From the NCBI GenBank assembly GCA_963575745.1, contig CAUYUJ010000314.1:62001-126000 (forward strand): a DNA stretch of 64,000 nucleotides, read 5' to 3'. Below the pieces are notes generated by a model, which worked only from the letters and a program-made list of their open reading frames with translations, was not told where the DNA came from and did no database searches. The stretch comes from Prorocentrum cordatum. Lineage: Eukaryota. This document shows positions 1 through 12,640 of this stretch, piece by piece (position 1 is the first letter of the stretch; every line of letters begins with the position of its first letter). The translations under genes were made by a program, and so were the position numbers.

Positions 1-224
1 GGCGGACGCGGCTGCTCCGGGCAGCCGGTTTTCTGGACACCGATCACGGGGTCCAAGGCTGGGAGGATGGCGCCCGAGGCTCCGGATGGCGTCGAGCCCG
101 ATGGGTTGTGCAACGGGTGTGTGGTCAGGAGCTCCCCGTTCCGCAACCACGGCAGGAGGGTGGAGTGCGCGGGGGGACACGGCCGCCCCGAGGGCAAGTG
201 CGGGGCACGCCCTGTCGAGGCGCC

Positions 225-946
225 GGCCGCGCCAGCCCGCGCATGCGCGCGCGCGCAGCGGCCAGGTGGTTTGGCGCGACCGACGAGGCCGCGGTGGTGC
301 TGACGGCTCGGCACATCCCAGCGGGCACTTGAGTGCGAGCTGGCGGCTTGGGCAGGCGCGGTATCATGGCAACGTCGACACGTGTAGACACGACGACGAT
401 GATAGTGACGATGTTGGTGACGAGAACTGTAGACACGGTGACGATCATAGTGTGATGACGGCGCCGATGCCGATCACGCCGACGACGATGACGGCGTCTT
501 CGCGTCGGTGATGAAGGTTTTGGGAGGAATTCTCAATTCGCGCGCGACAGACGCGCGAGAGTGGCTCGCATGGTGTTATTTGACACGGATCGTGCCACCC
601 CAGCACGCGCGCAAGGACGTTCGAACGATTTCGACATGCGCGCGCGCGAAGCCCGCTTGGTATTGAACAACTTACGGTTTTTCTAAGAGTTCGCAGGAGC
701 GCGCGAGCACGCTTTTGTTGAACATCCGTGTTGCGAAAAAAACCTTGTGTGTTTCGTATGTTGTTTGGACACTCGATTTTGTAACCCTTTCCGAACCCGA
801 TGGTTTTGTTTTGAAGGATTTAGGCATGCGCGCGCGACGACGCGCGCGTGTGCACTTCGTCCCGTTTTTTGCAAGGGATTCTCGCGACGGCACGCGCGCA
901 AGGGCGTTCGGACGATTTCGACATGCGCGCGCGCGAAGCCCGTTTG

Positions 947-1011
<65 letters not shown>

Positions 1012-1270
1012 ATAGAAATATGTTTTTGCGGAAGAGCTGAAACACTTAATGTTTCGTCAAGAACTCGCAAGAGCGCGCGCACGCTTTTGTTGAACATCCG
1101 TGTTGCGAAACTCGTACATACATACATATATATATATATATATCTGTTGGACACTCGAGTTTTAAATCCTTCCGAAACCGAGAATGTGAAGGATTTCGGC
1201 ATGCGCGCGACGACGCGCGCGTGTGCACTCATTTGTTGCAAAGAATGGTTGAAAATATTTGGATAAATGA
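225..1270 (-). repeat. Dispersed repeat family A, copy 1 (with internal duplication, (TTG)n 947-1010 and (TA)n)
   Basis: Reverse-complement match to 23338-24400 and 30310-30960, e.g. GCGTCGGTCGCG(C/T)CAAACTA and GCGCGCGTCGTCGCGCGCATGCCGAAATC. Confidence 0.85.
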
Positions 1271-1469
1271 GTGCGCGCGCACAGTTTTCTTGTGCAAGAG
1301 AACCGAGGGGGGTCGATACCGGCCTGGCTGGGATAGTCTGAACTCACAGGTAGGATGGACCTTGGGTCAGAATCGTATCTGTTTTGCATCGTCTCCTGGT
1401 GAGTGGATAAGGCCGGGGGGGGGAGGGCGGTAGAACATTTTTCTTCTTTAGAAAAGAGAATTATTGGAT

Positions 1470-1670
1470 TTCCCAGTAGGGGCTCCACTAGTGGAACCCT
1501 TGCTAAGGGTTATACTGGTGGAGTCCATAGTAGGGGCTCCATTAATGGAGCCGGTGCTAAGGACTCGACTCGAGGAACCCGTAATAGGCGCTCCACTTCC
1601 TAGTAGGGACTCCAGTAGTGCTTACAAGGAATTCCAGTTGTGGGGGCTCTACTACTTGTAGCTTCCGCAG
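1470..1670. repeat. Degenerate tandem repeat of AGTAGGGGCTCCA
   Basis: About five variants of the motif; related words occur at ~9470-9720. Confidence 0.6.
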
Positions 1671-1930
1671 TGGATTCCCGCGCAAGGATTCGCGTGGATT
1701 CCTCGCTGCGCCTGTGCGCACATGCTTTTCCTTTGCAGGGATCCGTCGGGGTGAGGAAGGAGGCCGCAGGAGCTTGGAGGAGCGAAGTGGAACGGCCTTG
1801 TTGTGTATGCTGTGGGGATGTTGTGGGGTGGGGTGGGGCGGGGTGTTGTGGTTTTCCGGGGGGGGGGGGTCCGACGAATCGGCGCTGGCCGCCCTTACTT
1901 TGTTGTTGTTGTTGTTGCTGTTGCTGTTGC

Positions 1931-1978
<48 letters not shown>

Positions 1979-2699
1979 CGTTTCTGTTTCTGTTGCTGTC
2001 GCTGTTTGTTTTTGGATTCGGTTTATTGATCGACAGAGAGTACCAGAAACTAGCATTTTAGCGGGGAAACCGAAAGTTGCAGCATGTTGATGCGCGCGAT
2101 GATAGTTAGAGGTCCCCTGATGTCGGCGATCGGCGTATGATGATGGTGCCGATTACTTTGGAGATGAGGAATGCCGATTCTAGTGTGCCAGTGATCAGGC
2201 ATAGTAGAAGTCAGCCTGGTCGGTGCGGTTGGCTTTTCTAATCGGTGTACCTGGCGTGCTTCGTCGGAATACCTGGTGTGTCTGGTGTGCCTTGTGGGCC
2301 TGGTCGGTATGTCCAGTGTGCTTGGTCGTTTGGCGGCCAACGAAGCCGTTGTGATGTAAGTGCTTGGTGGCCGATCTCTCTTTGTCGAACCATTCTCTGG
2401 TCCCGCACAATTGCGGCGCTGGTGTCGTTGCCTTTGCGGTTGTTAATGACCCGCGTCAATCCTCCTCCCCATCACCATCATCACTCTGATCACAATGCCT
2501 TTCGCTCCGCATATTCCCGCCAGCCCATCCAGAGAAGATGCCCAGGCGAGTTGCCGTGATCAGGGACGCGTTGCAGCATGTAACGCCATGGGGAGGGGGA
2601 TTCGTCGCCCTTGGAAAAGGGGGAGAGGGCAGACGGGAGAAACGGAAGAGGAGAGAGAGTTTTCTTATTGTTTGATTTTTTCCGCCACCCCGCACCTTC

Positions 2700-3330
2700 C
2701 CCCCCCTCCAGTGACCATTATGTTTTTTTCAATTTGAAGTGCTTCCGCCGAGGCTTGCATTTTTTCATTATGAGGGAAGTCACTAGGGTCAAATTGCGTT
2801 GTTGGCCCCCGAACTACAACAACAACACAACAACAGCTCCCGCCTGATACTTCATCACACTTTCTTGCCACATCGCGCTCTTGTGTGGGACTTCCTCCAA
2901 ATGTATTCAAACATCGCGCTTTCGCGTTGGACGTCCTCGCAGTTTATTCAGACTTCGCGCCCTCGACATTCAGGGGTCACGCTCTCGCCGTGGTCTTCAC
3001 GATTGATTTGGGAATCGAGCTGTCGCTCGAGACTTCTTCGCGATTCATGCAAGACGCACGCTTGAGCAACCCGCCTGCTCGACCTGGCCGCCTGGGCCCT
3101 CTTTCCTGATCCGCCTGGTGGGGTCTGCCCGCCCGATCTGCCCGTCTGGTTCGGCTACGTTTTTTCTGCTCCTAGCCCGTGATCCATCCTCCTCCTTCCC
3201 CCTTGTCCTTCCTTCATCCGTCCCTTCTTCCCCTGCCTCAGGAGCTGCGTGAAATACACGTTGCAAGTAAGAAAGACATACCCCCAAGGGGGTACGGTCG
3301 AGGACGAAGAGGGCGTGTATCGAGGATTCG
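2700..3330 (+). repeat. Dispersed repeat family B (other copies at ~7420-7995 and ~8050-8650)
   Basis: Shared AATT(T)GAAGTGC...GGCTTGCAT...GCCCCCGAAC and terminal ATACCCCC.AGGGG(G)TACG...GACGAAGAGGGCG.(G/A)TATCGAG. Confidence 0.75.
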
Positions 3331-3337
3331 AATACAG

Positions 3338-3810
3338 AAATCTGGTGATCCAGTGATCCAGCCAGCTGATCTGGTGAACCGGCTTATCTGGTGATCCGGT
3401 GAATATTGATCCAGCTGATCCGATTGATTCGACTGATCCAGTTGATCCAGGTGATCTGGCTGATCTGGCTGATCCAGATGGTCCAGGTAATTCGGCTGAT
3501 CCGGTTGAGTGGTTCGCTGATCCGGTGATTTGGTGATCCGTCCGCTCTGGATCACGGATCCAGTGATCTAGTGATTCAGTGATTTAGCCGGTTGATCCGG
3601 TGATTTGGTGGTCCGGCCGGCTGATATGGTGATTTGGTGATTTGGTTGATTTGGTGACCCAGCTGATCGTATGATCCAGTGATCCAGCCGGTTGATCTGG
3701 TGATCTAGTTGATCCAGTCGATGTGGTTGCTTTGGCTGATCTCTTTGATTCGCTTGGTCCGGCTACTCTCCGAGTGATCTGGTTGTTCGGGGTGATTTGG
3801 CTGATCATGG
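3338..3810. repeat. TGATC-based degenerate satellite
   Basis: Dense GGTGATCCAG/GCTGATCTGG words. Confidence 0.85.
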
Positions 3811-4470
3811 CAAGTGGTTCCCTGTTCCGGTGATCTGTCGATCCAATGAAGAAACACCTTTCGTCTGGATGCGTGGCTGTCCCTCTCAAAGAGTATGCGG
3901 CTAGAAGGCAAGAAGCGCTCCGACCCCCCAGTGGGGTTCCCCCAGGGGGGTAAGGACCACAGCTCCCCCAGTTGTGGCTGGTCGGTGTCAAGTGGTTCCC
4001 TGTTCCGGTGATCTGTCGATCCAATGAAGAAGCACCTCTAGTCCAGATGCGTGGCTGTCCCTCTCGAAGCGTATGCGGCTAGAAAGCAAGAAGCGATCCG
4101 ACCCCCCCCGGTGCAGGCTCTTCATGCCAGGCTCGCAGGCGGCGTCGCTGCCGCCCTCCTGATGGCCACGGCCTGCGGCGTCGCGACGGACGGGCACCAC
4201 GGCTCGGCGCCAGAGCTGAGGCCCGTTGGCGTGGAGGCCCACGCCGGGGGGGAGGAGATGTTCGTCTGGGTGTGGCAGGCGGGTCTTCGAGTTGGTGGGC
4301 GCTGGATGCTCCGAGTGGTTCAACAGGAGTGGTTTGGGGGGGGGGGATCTCGTCGGGGGGGAGGAGATGTCAGTCTGGGTGTGGCAAGCGGGTCTTTGAG
4401 TTGGTGGGCGCTGGATGCTCCGAGGTGTTCGACAGGAGTGGTTTGGGCGAGGGGGGGTTCTCGTCGGGGT
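3811..4470. repeat. Two direct-repeat pairs (~120 bp at 3811-3929/3988-4109; ~110 bp tandem at 4245-4470)
   Basis: CAAGTGGTTCCCTGTTCCGGTGATCTGTCGATCCAATGAAGAA occurs twice; GTCTGGGTGTGGCA...GCTGGATGCTCCGAG occurs twice. Confidence 0.85.
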
Positions 4471-5009
4471 GAAGGGATGGGCTTTCCTTCGCGGGGCTTG
4501 GGGTGAGGTGGACTGCCAGCGGGGACGCGCCGTCGGGCGGGGTGGCATGGGGAGTTGTTTATTCATCGACCTGGAGGCCCATGTTGGAGGGAGCTGGTCA
4601 CCGAATCTTCCACGGTATAAAACCGACAAATTTAGTTGATTGTCTGACTTTGTTGCTATTGCATTCTTATTCCAAAATATTAGTTGCTGTTGTTCCCCCC
4701 TGCCTGGTGCACCTTGCGTCTTTCAATTGGAGTGTCCATCCTGGGGCTCGCAGCCTTATTTCTGGAAGGGAAAATCTTGAATCTCAGACTGCGCTCCTGG
4801 TTCAAAATCGTGCTCTCGCGCGGCACTTCGTCACAGGTTATATCCAGGAATCGCGTTCTCGCGTTGGATTTCCTCACATGTTATTCTGAAGGTCCAACGG
4901 CCGGTGCCGCCGACCATGAAGGCAGAACCTCCCCCCGGACCCCGGGGCCCCCCCCCAGGACCCAGGACCCCGGGGACTAGGCTGGGCCCGGGGCCGGGGC
5001 CAGGGCCGG

Positions 5010-7160
5010 GGCTGGAACTCGGGCCTCGCAGAGTTGATGTTCGGCCTCCGAAGGCCTGAGGGGCAGCAGGCGGCCGCAAGAGGCTTGGGAGGCAGCAGAA
5101 GCAATGTTTTGGGCCTCGAGGAGTTGAGATGTTCGGCCCTCGGAGGCTTGGGAGGCAGCAGCTGGCAGCCAGAGGCCCAGGGACGCAGCTCGAGCAGTTC
5201 TCCGCGTCCCGAGTGACTTGATGCTCGGCCTCCGGAGGCTCGGGAGGCAGCAGGCGGCCCCCAGAGGCTCGGGGGGGGGCGGCAGAGAACAGGCTTTCGG
5301 GCTTCGGAGGAGTCCAGTTTCGGCCTCCGGAGGCCTGGGAGGCAGCAGTCGGTCCCGGGAAGCTCGACACATGCTGCTCGGCCTGGACAGGCTGGCTTCT
5401 CGGCCTCCGAAGGCCTCAGAGGCGGCAGTCCCCCCCCCCCGAGGCCAGGGGGGGCCGCAGGGAGCCATCCCTCTCGGACAGCAAAACTCAGGAGGGGAAA
5501 AAACACAGACACAATCAATCGTCCACTCCCAGGAAAACATGGGAAAATATGGGAAGTGGGGGGGAAGACAAAAACCCAGAAACTATGGGAAAATATGGGG
5601 AATCCTTTTATTTCTGTGCATTTATTTGTGTGTCCCTGGGCCCCTCTAAAGCACATTTTTGCTCGGCCTCCGGAGGCCTGGGAGGCAGGCAGCCCCCCCC
5701 CCCCCCGGGAGGCCTCGGGGGGCCGCAAAAGGAGCCCGCCCTCGGGCCTCGAGACGTCGCTGCTTCGGCCTCCGGAGGCCCGGGAAGCGGCAGCCGTTCC
5801 CCGGGAAGCGGGGGGGGGGGCAGCTCCTCCCCCCCTCCTCCTCCCCCTCCTCCCCCTCCTCCTCCTCCTCCTCCTCCTCCTCCTCCTCCTCCTCCTCCTC
5901 CTCCTCCTCCTCCTCCGCCCTTCCTTCTCTTACAGCTCAGACAGGCTCTCGAGCCTCGGCATGTGGACTCTCGGCCGCCCTCGCAGGCCCGAGAGGCGGC
6001 AGCCCGCCCCCCGAGGCGCGGGAGGCAGCAGTCCGCCCTCCGGATCCGAGAGCTGGCTCCTCGGCCCGTGGAGGCCTGGAATGGCAGCAGTCGGCCCCCC
6101 GGAGCCCTCAGGCCTCAGGCCTCCCTCCTCCTCGCTCCTCGCTCCTCGCTCCTCTCCTCATCCTCCTCTCCTCCTCCCCTCCTCCCTCCTCCCTCCTCCT
6201 TTTTTCGCTTCGCACCCTCGGCTCGGCTCCGATTCGATTCCGATCGGACTCCGAGTCGACTTCGATCCGATTCGGCTCCGATCGGACTCCGATTCCGTGG
6301 TTAAGCTGACTGCGAAAGCCTCGTGGGCCACGAGGCTGCAGAAAGCAGCTTAGGAGAGGAATTAGTGAAGACCGCGGGTTTTAACACTCCGGGGGCCTGG
6401 GAGGCAGCAGTCGGCCCCAGAGGCCCAGGAGGCAGCAGAAATCATCTCTCGGGTCTCGGGTTTCGAAGCGCTGCTTTTCGGCGTCCTGAGGTCTGGACGG
6501 CAGCAGTCGGCATACCTGGAGGCTTCGGAGGCAATCGTAAAACACTTCGTCGGGCCTTGAAGCATGGATTTCTGATTCTGGAAGCCTGTAAGGCAGCAGT
6601 CGCCCCCAGAGGCCTGGGAGGCAGCAGAAACAATTTTTCGAGCTTCCACACATTGATATCTGGTTCCCAGAAGCCTGTGAGGCAGCAGTCGGCCCCCCGA
6701 GACTGGGAGGCAGCAGGGAGAACTCCTCGGACCTTAAAAAGATTATGCTCGGCCTCTAGAGGCCTGAGAGGTAGCAGTGGGCTCCGAAGGCTAAGGAGGC
6801 GGCAGACGTCTAGAAGTTGGTTTTCGACTTCTGGAGGCCTGGGAGGCAGCAGTTGGCATTGGACGCCTGGGAGGCAGCAGACTCAATTTTTGTGGTCTCG
6901 AAAAATGATTTTCCGGCTCCCGCAAGCGTGGGTGGCAGCGGTCGGTCCCCAGAAGTTGGGATGCAGCAGGAAATAATTCATTTTCGGTCCCCAGAGGTCT
7001 GGGAAGCAGCAGCGGGCCCCTGGATGCTTGGGAGGCGGCAGAAATAATTTCTCGGGCCTTGCAACGCCTGGAAGGCAGCAGTGGGCCCTGGAGGCTTGGA
7101 AAACAGCAGAAGCAATTTCTCGGGTCTCGCAAACTGCTTTTTCGGCTTTCGGATGGCATC
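5010..7160. repeat. GGAGGCCTGGGAGGCAGCAG minisatellite, interrupted by (CCT)n and CCGATTC tracts
   Basis: Many degenerate units of about 30-60 bp. Confidence 0.85.
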
Positions 7161-9919
7161 GTGAGCCGATGCTGCTGCTGCTGCCACTCTTCGTCCGTGC
7201 CTCACCCCCGGGGAATTGTAGGCGCCTCTGTCCAGATTCCGATCCGATTTTGCTTCGGCGTGCGCTATCGATTTGGGACCGATCTGATTTAGATTTCGAG
7301 CCGAGTCGATGTAGCGCCTAGGCGTTCCGATTCGATGTCGATTCGATGACCACCCGATGCACTCCGATCCGATGCTGCTTCCGATTCGACTCGATGTTTC
7401 GATTCGATGCAGCTCTTCCCCCTGCGTTCTCGCACGAGACTTTCTCACAATTTACTCCGGACTCGTGCTCGCGCCTGAAGCTTTTTGCAATGTGCGCAGT
7501 TCGCTTCAATGCCCTGCCCGACCAGCCCGTTAGGGTCCGCCTGTTCGCCTGTTTGGAAGCCCGCCCGCGCGCTTCAAATGTCCCGGTCGACCCGATCGTC
7601 AGGGTCCGCCCGCCCGACCCGCCCGTTAGAGTTTGTCCCCTCACGCGCTTGGACGCCAGCGCGTCCGCTTTGATGCTCCGCCCGCCCGACCCGCCCCGCC
7701 CGATCCGCCCGTATGGGGCTGGCTGTCTCGCCCGACCCGCCCATCCAGGTCCGCTTGCCAACATTCTTGTTCCTCTCTCCTTCCCCTCCTGCTGAACCTT
7801 CTTCGCCCTCATGCATCGCCCCTTCCTTGTGCCCTCCTCCCTTCTCGCGCCCTCCTCCTTTCCTCACTCTCTCCCTTTTCCTTTTCCGTCTTTCTCCCAT
7901 GGCAAAGGGCCGCAACAACTGCACGTGGCAGGCAAATCATATATCATATCAACCCACATGGAGTTCGATCGAGAACAACGCGGGTATCGAGGGTTTGGGT
8001 ATACATGTTGAGTGACACGTGGGCAATGAAGAGTGGTCAGTTTTTGAATGACGATTGAATGACCGATGACATTGATTATCAAGCCCCCCATGGTGCACAT
8101 GGTATTATTTAATTGAAGTGCCCCTCCCAGGGCTTGCATCCTGTGTTCTACCAGGTAAAAGCCTAGGTGTCCAGCTTGCGCTTTTGCCCCCGAACAACTA
8201 CTAGAACGGCTCCCGCTTGATATTGATCTGAATGTAATGATATTTCGCGCTTTCGACACTCAGGAACCACGCTCTCGCTGTGAACTTCCTCACGATTTAC
8301 TTCGCGTTGTCGCTCGAGAGTCCCCCGCGATTCATGCAGTACCGACGCTTCAGAGACCCGCCCTATCGACTGGGTCGTCTTGGCCCGCCCGCCCGACCCG
8401 CCCGTTAGGCTCCGCCCGGCTTGCCCTCCCGTCTGGTTGTGCCGCTTGTCTTCATATGCTTTCCTGTTCCTATCCCCCCTCCTGTTACTCTATCTCGTGC
8501 TCTGTTCTTCTCCCTCCCTTTTATTCCTTCCCTCCTCCCTCCGTTCCCCTTTTTTTGGGGGGGGGCTGCGCCAACTGCGCTTGGCAGGGAAGGAAGATAT
8601 ACCCCCGAGGGGTACGAGCAAAGACGAAGAGGGCGGATATCGAGAGTTTTGTATGCCACGCGGGCAGATAAGATCGAACAGCCTTGAACTGATTGTTGGT
8701 GTTGTTCGGCCCCTCGGGGCCGCTTTCTTGCTTCGGGGCCTTCAGAGACGATCAGCGGCGAAGGCCCAGGCCCCTGGGTCGGGTTCGAGAGCTCGGGGGC
8801 CTACGTTTTGAAGTCGCCACGATGTAGGACGTGTCAGGAGGATGAGGATAGACGTGCCTGGGCGCTTCAGGGCTTTCTTCTCGACCGAGGCTGCCTCCTG
8901 GGAGCCTCCTTGAGGACCTCCTGTTTGACCCTCCCGGGGATTTGCAGGGAGCTCTGGGCGCCTCCGCAGACCTCCGTGGATGCTGCCTCAGTTCTTGACG
9001 ATTCTTCCCCTAAGGGACTTGCGGGGAGCAAACCATGCGAATCGAAGTGAAGCGAGGCCAAGCCAGAGAAATCGCGGGACATCCAGACAGATGAGGTACG
9101 TCCAGAGACACCTGGGTACATCGGGAGCAATGTCTTGCAGCGCGAGTCGAACGATGGCAGAAGTCGTGAAGCCATTCACGAGATGTGGGGAGCGGAGGTG
9201 GAAGGGGTTCGGGGCTTCCGCACCCTCGCCCGATGCGGCTGCCTCGGTGGTCGCCGCCGCCGCGTCGCGGCGGTACCTGCCGCGCGGAAGGTGCTGAAGA
9301 TGGAGACTGAAGGATGGGAAGAGGTGGAGGGAAGGCAAGGAAAGGGAGTGCATGGGGAGGGAAGATAGGGGGGGGGGAGGGGCGCGGGATTTGTGGTGTG
9401 TCCTGTGGGGTCAGGAGCAGGGTTCCGAAGGGGGCTCGGAGGCCTACGTCAAGGACGTTCCCCCTTTTGGGACTGGGGCTTCCACTCCAATGCGCTGCGT
9501 GCCAGTTTGACCTGTTGTTCGAGGAAGTTGGAGGAGGGTAAATCGACTGGGGTCGGCGATTACCCGACACGAATAGCTCAGTAGTCATTTTGGATAAGGT
9601 TCAGGCGCGGGCACCTCTGCATTCCTTAATCGGCAGTAATTGTCGACCAGCAATAGGGGCACCTCTTGACACGTCGTTTTCGACGCGGGATTCTATTCCA
9701 ACTCGTGCCCCCCTCAAGGATATGTTTGAAGTCTCTGTGTGCCTTCCAGACTCCAGCCCCGATGTTCCCGTGCCCCGCATCTCACCTCTGGTGCGCGTTG
9801 TACTTTCGAGGCCGTACTTCTATTCAGCGGTCGCCGCAGATTGTGCACTTCAATTGCGGATTTTATGCCGCGCTGCGCTCGACACCGTGGGGAGCTTGTG
9901 TGTGCTGTCGCAAGCGTCG

Positions 9920-10684
9920 GAGGTGCCTCTGGTAATCTCCGCTGGTGCCGGCGAGGATCTTTTCGCCACGCCCCAGCTGGCGGTCAGTGTCGATGGAAGT
10001 GCAACGTCACTGGAGGAACTTCGGCAGGAGGTGCTCGCACCTGTACGCCTCACCGCAAAGCTGCGGCGGTGCTTGGGGTTGCTGAGGAGGACGCGCCATG
10101 CCATTCTTGAGGGGCATCTCCAAACAGATCAGGATTGCATCTATGTGCTCAGGACTGTCGGGGAGGGCCGACATGTCGGGCATTGGACTCTGCTCGCAGA
10201 TGCGCTGGCTGGAGTGGGCAGGGAGATTCTGAGGGGCAGCATTGGTTCTTACCACGCCTTCGCCCAGCGAGTCCACACGCTGTTGGCGGAGGCCATGTTT
10301 GAGGCCATGGCAGAGGCAGTGACGCCTGGAGGAACGGCAAGCCCAGCGTTGGTGGAGGACATGAGGCGCGTGCAGGCGTCGTTCGACGCTGAGCTGCCTC
10401 CGATCGAGGCGCTCGAGGCAGACTGCCTGCGCGTTGGCGACCCAGGGCCCTGCACCGTGGTGTGCCTGGAAGTAGCCCTGACCGTGGGGTGCACCGACGG
10501 GGGCGTGCCTCCCCACAGGCTCGCGAGGTGGCTGTGGCCAGAGGTCGCCTGCGTGGCGCCCGACGGCGTGGAGACGGAGCTCGCGCCGCGGGTGCGCGTG
10601 CCGCTGGCGGCGGGCACGCCGCCGCTGCGCGGCCGTGGCCACGGGCCTGCTCGGGGGGTTGAGTTCAGGCAGGCGGGCCCCTGA
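9920..10684 (+). CDS. Probable coding exon(s) of unknown function within the 364-aa ORF 9590-10684
   Basis: Long non-repetitive ORF with protein-like helical composition (SLEELRQEVLAPVRLTAKLRRCLGLL...) and GC3 bias. Boundaries uncertain; no family recognised. Confidence 0.5.
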   Translation, partial: EVPLVISAGAGEDLFATPQLAVSVDGSATSLEELRQEVLAPVRLTAKLRRCLGLLRRTRHAILEGHLQTDQDCIYVLRTVGEGRHVGHWTLLADALAGVGREILRGSIGSYHAFAQRVHTLLAEAMFEAMAEAVTPGGTASPALVEDMRRVQASFDAELPPIEALEADCLRVGDPGPCTVVCLEVALTVGCTDGGVPPHRLARWLWPEVACVAPDGVETELAPRVRVPLAAGTPPLRGRGHGPARGVEFRQAGP

Positions 10685-11159
10685 GACGTGGCATCGGCAC
10701 CCGTCGGCGGCGAATGTCAAACCCTGCCCTCGCCGATCAACGACTCGGGCAACTCGATGGGCTGGCGCAGGGTTCGGGGCTCGTCGAGCGCGCTGCGAAG
10801 CTCGAGCCCTGCCTCCGCCTCCCATCGACTCAGGGGAGTCGACGGTTGGTGGGGGTACAGCTGCCACAAGGGTGAAGAACATTCTTGACTTTGGATGGGG
10901 CGCCGTTCTGTTCTTCACGGCTGGGTTTTCCACCCGGGGGCGTTATTCGTTGTAGGAAACTCTATGGGGCTTCGGTCCATCGGCGAAGGATGAGGATGAG
11001 GTGGAGGAGGAGGAAGAGGAGGAGGAGGAGGAGGAGGAGGAGGAGGAGGAAAAGGAGGAGGAGGTGGAGGAGGAGGAGGAAGAGGAGGAGGATGAGGAGA
11101 AAGAGGAAAAGGAGGAGGAGGTGGTGGAGGAGGAGGAGGATGAAGAAGAGGTTTTGGCC

Positions 11160-12640
11160 ACAGCCGGCAAATCGACACATACTTCGTGTACATTTCCCTT
11201 CACTTGGGCTTCGAGTACATACCAGTGCCCACTGTCAAAGGATGGGCACGCACCACAAGGGAAACGCATATCACGATTACATACCAACCTGACATCAGCA
11301 GCCAATATTTTTCCCTACTGCAGCAAAGGCTCCAGCAAGCCCTCGACGGATGGAAGTACTAATCCTCACACACCAACATCGAGAAGCACTGGTCGCAGAG
11401 ACCAGCCTGCATACCTTTCTACAGGAAAGCTGACTACCGACTCGCCCAGAGACCGTTCGACGACAACGACGGCGCACCACTCAACGTTCGACGGGTGCCA
11501 CTGATACACCTTACCATACCTTACCTGGGGCGAGCTTGACATCGACAACAAAATGGTACGACTCAGGTATGCCTACTTCAACTCAGCTGGCACAGAGAAG
11601 AGCCTCAAGGATACGCTCTACAATATCTACTACCAGCAAAGCGACAGAGGTACGAGTTCCAGATAACGAAGACTATGGCCTCCGCACCAAGTGCAAGTAC
11701 AACGACGAGGACGACGACCGCACCACATTCATCGGCACCATGACCGACCCCAACCATAACGTCTCCCAGGGACCGAAATTGCTCTCGCTCACTAACTACT
11801 TGGCAGATGCACTCCACACGTCAGGAGCGCCGCCGACCCTACACCCACCATGGGCCACTTGCATCGTATAATAAGAAAGGATACATATCACCCCACCATC
11901 CACATACCAACAAGCAGACTACGTGGAGCTACATGAACCATTCGACTGTGAGTTTGAGCTACCTCGCACCGCGCACGAAGGCCATCACAACATGGTCATC
12001 TACAAGAACAAATATTATGCCAGCACGCCCACCACCACCAGTATTCCAGATACCAATCACCTGCCTGCCTCACGAAGGGTTAATGGCACAGAGTTGGCCA
12101 TAGGAAGTACCTTGGAACTTTTTGGCGCCCCCAATTTACGCCACATTGCAGGCCTACTCCCCGACCCACGTCAGCCGTGTCCTGTCCGTGCACAATATCT
12201 ACGTGAGGATTGACGAGCAGCACGACATCATTTACAACCGTAGAGTCATTTTCGTGCACAACAAAGACGACCCGAGCTTCCACGCTTACATCGCAAGCTC
12301 CGCTCGCATCAGGCACGCTATGAACAGCACCTCGCCAGCCTTCACAACAACTATCTCCCAGAAGTACCTTTCCAGGAGCCAACGCACAAGCTAATGTCAC
12401 GCCTGTGCAAGGCATCGCCCAAGACCGGGCCGCAGAGCTACGACTACGACAACAACAGGGCAGCCTAACCAAGCTTACTGGGAGTGTACGGGAGGCACAC
12501 ACAGCAGTATATCACGACATCCACCACAAACACCACCTGTACGTCGACTACCGCTGAACATCGACTATTGATCTCCTCCCCATTCCCATTGTAAGCAGGC
12601 AACGTGCCAGCGACAAAGGATACAGCAGGCATCAAAGCTG
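11160..12640 (+). pseudogene. A/C-rich frameshifted coding-like island, possibly an endogenous viral gene
   Basis: Composition differs from the flanks, and protein-like segments alternate between frames (YLTWGELDIDNKMVRLRYAYFN; DNEDYGLRTK; LSVHNIYVRIDEQHDIIYNRRVIFVHN). Confidence 0.4.

Noticed and set aside
2026..2040. 15-mer TTGATCGACAGAGAG shared with 16255-16269
   Set aside because: The flanks are unrelated, and isolated 15-mer matches are expected by chance in a 64-kb self-comparison.
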